From positions 124,001 to 188,000 of IMG/VR virus record IMGVR_UViG_3300023174_000045: a stretch of 64,000 nt of DNA. One strand, written 5' to 3'. The notes under the pieces are model-generated. The model did no database searches. It saw nothing but the letters and a program-made list of their open reading frames with translations, and was not told where the DNA came from. Shown one piece after another: positions 61,532 through 64,000 of this stretch. Each line of letters begins with the position of its first letter. Positions within the stretch are counted from its first letter, which is position 1. A program made the position numbers and the translations under genes.

Positions 61532-61756
61532 ATGAATGAACGAATTAAAGAACTTGCTCAACAGGCTGAAATCTATGCTGGCGATCTGATAGATCAGGGT
61601 GCTGATTACGATCAGTATCCACGCTATTACACAGAAAAGTTAACCGAGTTAATGGTCCGGGAATGTTATGTGGCATTGTTTCCTGCCCTGCGTGACATGA
61701 TCAGCCGTGGACAAGCATACGACATGATTCGACAACACTTTGGAGTTGAAGAATGA
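61532..61756 (+). CDS. MNERI-family paralogue 5
   Basis: Shared motifs. Confidence 0.8.
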   Translation: MNERIKELAQQAEIYAGDLIDQGADYDQYPRYYTEKLTELMVRECYVALFPALRDMISRGQAYDMIRQHFGVEE

Positions 61757-62127
61757 CCGACGAAATCACTTTGGAGATGCTGGACCGCAAGACGGCATGG
61801 TGCGAGCAAAACGCATTTTGGGGGCAAGATTCGGCCATACAGCGTATGCAAGATTTTTACTTTGAAAAGACTCGAACCAGTGTGAACGAAGCCTGGCCTG
61901 AAAGTTTTACCCTGGACGATCTTGCCAAAGTATTGAATGTGGAACGTGTGAGTTATAGAGTCTATTACAGCCGGGATAATCTTACATTGAGACTGTTTGT
62001 GTTCCGTGCCCACTGCACCAAGTACGAAGAGCGCGAGATGTTGGCGTTGGGATTTGTACATGCCAAAGACGGCGATACAGACAACATCCCTGACCAACCA
62101 GTAGAAGAAGTTAAAGGAGAAGAATAA
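61753..62127 (+). CDS. Hypothetical protein
   Basis: Starts in junction repeat. Confidence 0.7.
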   Translation: MTDEITLEMLDRKTAWCEQNAFWGQDSAIQRMQDFYFEKTRTSVNEAWPESFTLDDLAKVLNVERVSYRVYYSRDNLTLRLFVFRAHCTKYEEREMLALGFVHAKDGDTDNIPDQPVEEVKGEE

Positions 62128-62423
62128 TGGGCAGTATCGTTGCAATGGTGGTTATTTTGTTGATTGAATTTGGAACCAAGGTGTAACCATGTGGGCATTG
62201 ATTATTGCATTTGTAGTTGACATTGCGCCACCTGAATCCAAATACATTCAGTTGGCCGAAACAAAAACATATCAAGAGTGCCGAGACCTGTCTAAGATAT
62301 TGAAAGCTCATGGACTCACTGATGGTGTATTTTTATTCTGCGTGGAGCGACAATGATATTTGCATTGGGCATGATAGCAGGTATTGTGTTGGGCGTAATA
62401 ATTTACTTTTTGATTAGTCGCTG

Positions 62424-62669
62424 ATGGGCAATCAAACTGAATACTTTGAACGTATTGCATACCAGCCTGAATATCACATAGGCGACAGGGTGTTTGGTCA
62501 TTATCGCGGTATTCCCTTTGCAGGCTCTGTGGGCAATGACACACTAATCAATCCTGTGCAAGGTCCCAGGATCAGCATACACTTGGATTTGCCTATACGC
62601 TTGGAAGGTGTTGTAAAGAATGTTATAATTGTTCAGCACAAAGATGTTCGACGCATGAAGGAGTTTTAA
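62424..62669 (+). CDS. Hypothetical protein
   Basis: IGDRVFG, VHLDLP-like SH3/KOW pattern. Confidence 0.7.
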   Translation: MGNQTEYFERIAYQPEYHIGDRVFGHYRGIPFAGSVGNDTLINPVQGPRISIHLDLPIRLEGVVKNVIIVQHKDVRRMKEF

Positions 62670-62897
62670 ATGGTGTATAAAAGTGTTTACACAGAAGTTG
62701 AAGTAGAGGTTGATCTCGAAGAGTTTGACACAGATGATTTGCTGGAAGAATTAGACTCACGAGGTGCATTGCCCCCAGAAGGCAATGTCAATGCCAAAGA
62801 ACTGGTAGAGCAGATTTACTACCTACGCAGGCAAGGACAAGCATACGACCACTTGATGGATTCGTTGATGTATGCTGTGCTGGGACGCATAGCGTGA
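62670..62897 (+). CDS. Hypothetical protein
   Basis: SD AAGGAG. Confidence 0.75.
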   Translation: MVYKSVYTEVEVEVDLEEFDTDDLLEELDSRGALPPEGNVNAKELVEQIYYLRRQGQAYDHLMDSLMYAVLGRIA

Positions 62898-63017
62898 TAC
62901 AATTTGAATGGTTTGTGTATGGATTGATGGCAGGCTTGGTGGCTCCTTATGTGTGGCCGTTGATCAGCCGGTGCATTGAAGAAGCACACATAGCACGTAG
63001 AGACTGGCGCAAAGACC

Positions 63018-63224
63018 GTGAACACCATTGATCAAATCATAAACAGGATCAAACGCCTGGAACAGTTTGTGGTAAAAGTGCATGTTCCTGAAGATTTTGC
63101 GTTTCGAGGGGCAGTGCCGTTTGACATGGAAATTGTGGGGTCAACTGCCATGGTCACTGTATGGGCCGTGAGCGAAGCAGAAGCGCAAAGACGAGCCGAA
63201 GAATACTTCCAAAATAATCCATAA
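63018..63224 (+). CDS. Hypothetical protein (GTG start)
   Basis: 68 aa. Confidence 0.55.
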   Translation: MNTIDQIINRIKRLEQFVVKVHVPEDFAFRGAVPFDMEIVGSTAMVTVWAVSEAEAQRRAEEYFQNNP

Positions 63225-63261
63225 AAATTTACCCCCTGGTGGTTTGGTATTAAATATTTGC

Positions 63262-63471
63262 ATGGAAAATATTCAACTTACCCTGGCTGATCTCGCATCA
63301 CTCAAAAATTTAATCGAAGCTGCCACTGAACGTGGCGCTTACAAGGCTGCTGAATTGAGCGTTGTAGGTGGCATCTATGACAAGCTCACTGCTTTCTTGG
63401 TTGCATCACAAGCACAATTAGCACAACAAGCTGAAGCACAACAACCAGCTGAACCCACACAAGGAGCATGA
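63262..63471 (+). CDS. Hypothetical protein
   Basis: TAAATA upstream; RGAYKAAEL. Confidence 0.7.
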   Translation: MENIQLTLADLASLKNLIEAATERGAYKAAELSVVGGIYDKLTAFLVASQAQLAQQAEAQQPAEPTQGA

Positions 63472-63473
63472 CA

Positions 63474-64000
63474 ATGTTGAAACACATAGGACGACACGGT
63501 GACCGCAAGGTTGCAATCATATTTAGAGAACTACCTGGCGAGGACCACATGTGCCTGGTGATTTATCCTGAGACATTGCCAACACATATTCATAACACCA
63601 TTATGGGTATTTTGGAAAGTGCTCCTGGACAAGCCGCACCCAATTTGGCCGATGTGTTGCACCGCAACCTGTTGCCCGATGGCAGAGTTATTTTACAGGC
63701 CTTGCACAATGAAGGCATGTTGAAGAAAATTCAAACCAACCAAGTCATTATCACTCCCACAGCACAAAGCAACGTCAAACTGGACGAACTCAATCGCATT
63801 GTAAAAGAAATGGAATCAGGCGCCGATGCTCTTAAACGCATGCAGGAACTGGATGCCAATGCTGGTTTTGTGGACCCTGCTGTAAAACGCAAGGCTGAGA
63901 AGGCATTCAAAGCAGGCAAACTTGCTGAAGCCGAAGCCATGGTCACACCATTGGTTGCGCCTGCCTCGGGTGCGTTAGATGATCAGTCACTGGCAGCCAA
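63474..64000 (+). CDS. Hypothetical protein, 3'-truncated
   Basis: SD AAGGAG; MLKHIGRHGDRKVAIIFRE... open to window end. Confidence 0.75.
   Translation, partial: MLKHIGRHGDRKVAIIFRELPGEDHMCLVIYPETLPTHIHNTIMGILESAPGQAAPNLADVLHRNLLPDGRVILQALHNEGMLKKIQTNQVIITPTAQSNVKLDELNRIVKEMESGADALKRMQELDANAGFVDPAVKRKAEKAFKAGKLAEAEAMVTPLVAPASGALDDQSLAA

Noticed and set aside
61483-61539. 18-codon ORF MKPNTQAWRAWMLEIYYE between junction repeats
   Set aside because: Probably a truncated cassette remnant; covered by the array finding.

Overview
Single 64 kb segment of a large lytic dsDNA phage (T4-like/jumbo type; no bacterial housekeeping context). The host is probably a betaproteobacterium, inferred from the two-piece tmRNA with tag ANDEQFALAA. 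Layout: (1) 1-6 kb replication genes (family B polymerase, sliding clamp). (2) 6-24 kb a 7-deazaguanine DNA-modification pathway (TGT/DpdA-like, DpdL-like, folE, queD, queE; no queC in the window) interleaved with glycosyltransferase and nucleotide-sugar genes. (3) 24-33 kb RNase H, endonuclease VII, radical SAM and SGNH-like genes. (4) 34-38 kb small early ORFs. (5) 36.5-47.7 kb a stable-RNA region: 33 tRNAs covering all 20 amino acids, a permuted tmRNA, two tRNA-like RNAs without an anticodon loop, a YrlA-like permuted tRNA mimic and several helix-closed ncRNAs. (6) 47.7-53 kb a minus-strand enzyme trio, ahpCD and an RNAP omega-like gene. (7) 53-64 kb early promoter cassettes, a MoxR/VWA pair and a repeat-junction array of small paralogues. 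Strongest new signals: two leaderless-peptide attenuators whose codon content matches the tRNA block each precedes; an intergenic RNA complementary to 23S H69-H71 and the 16S 530 loop; and a preQ1-I-like pseudoknot in front of queD. All RNA folds were derived by eye; no searches or folding programs were run, and family names are by motif recognition.
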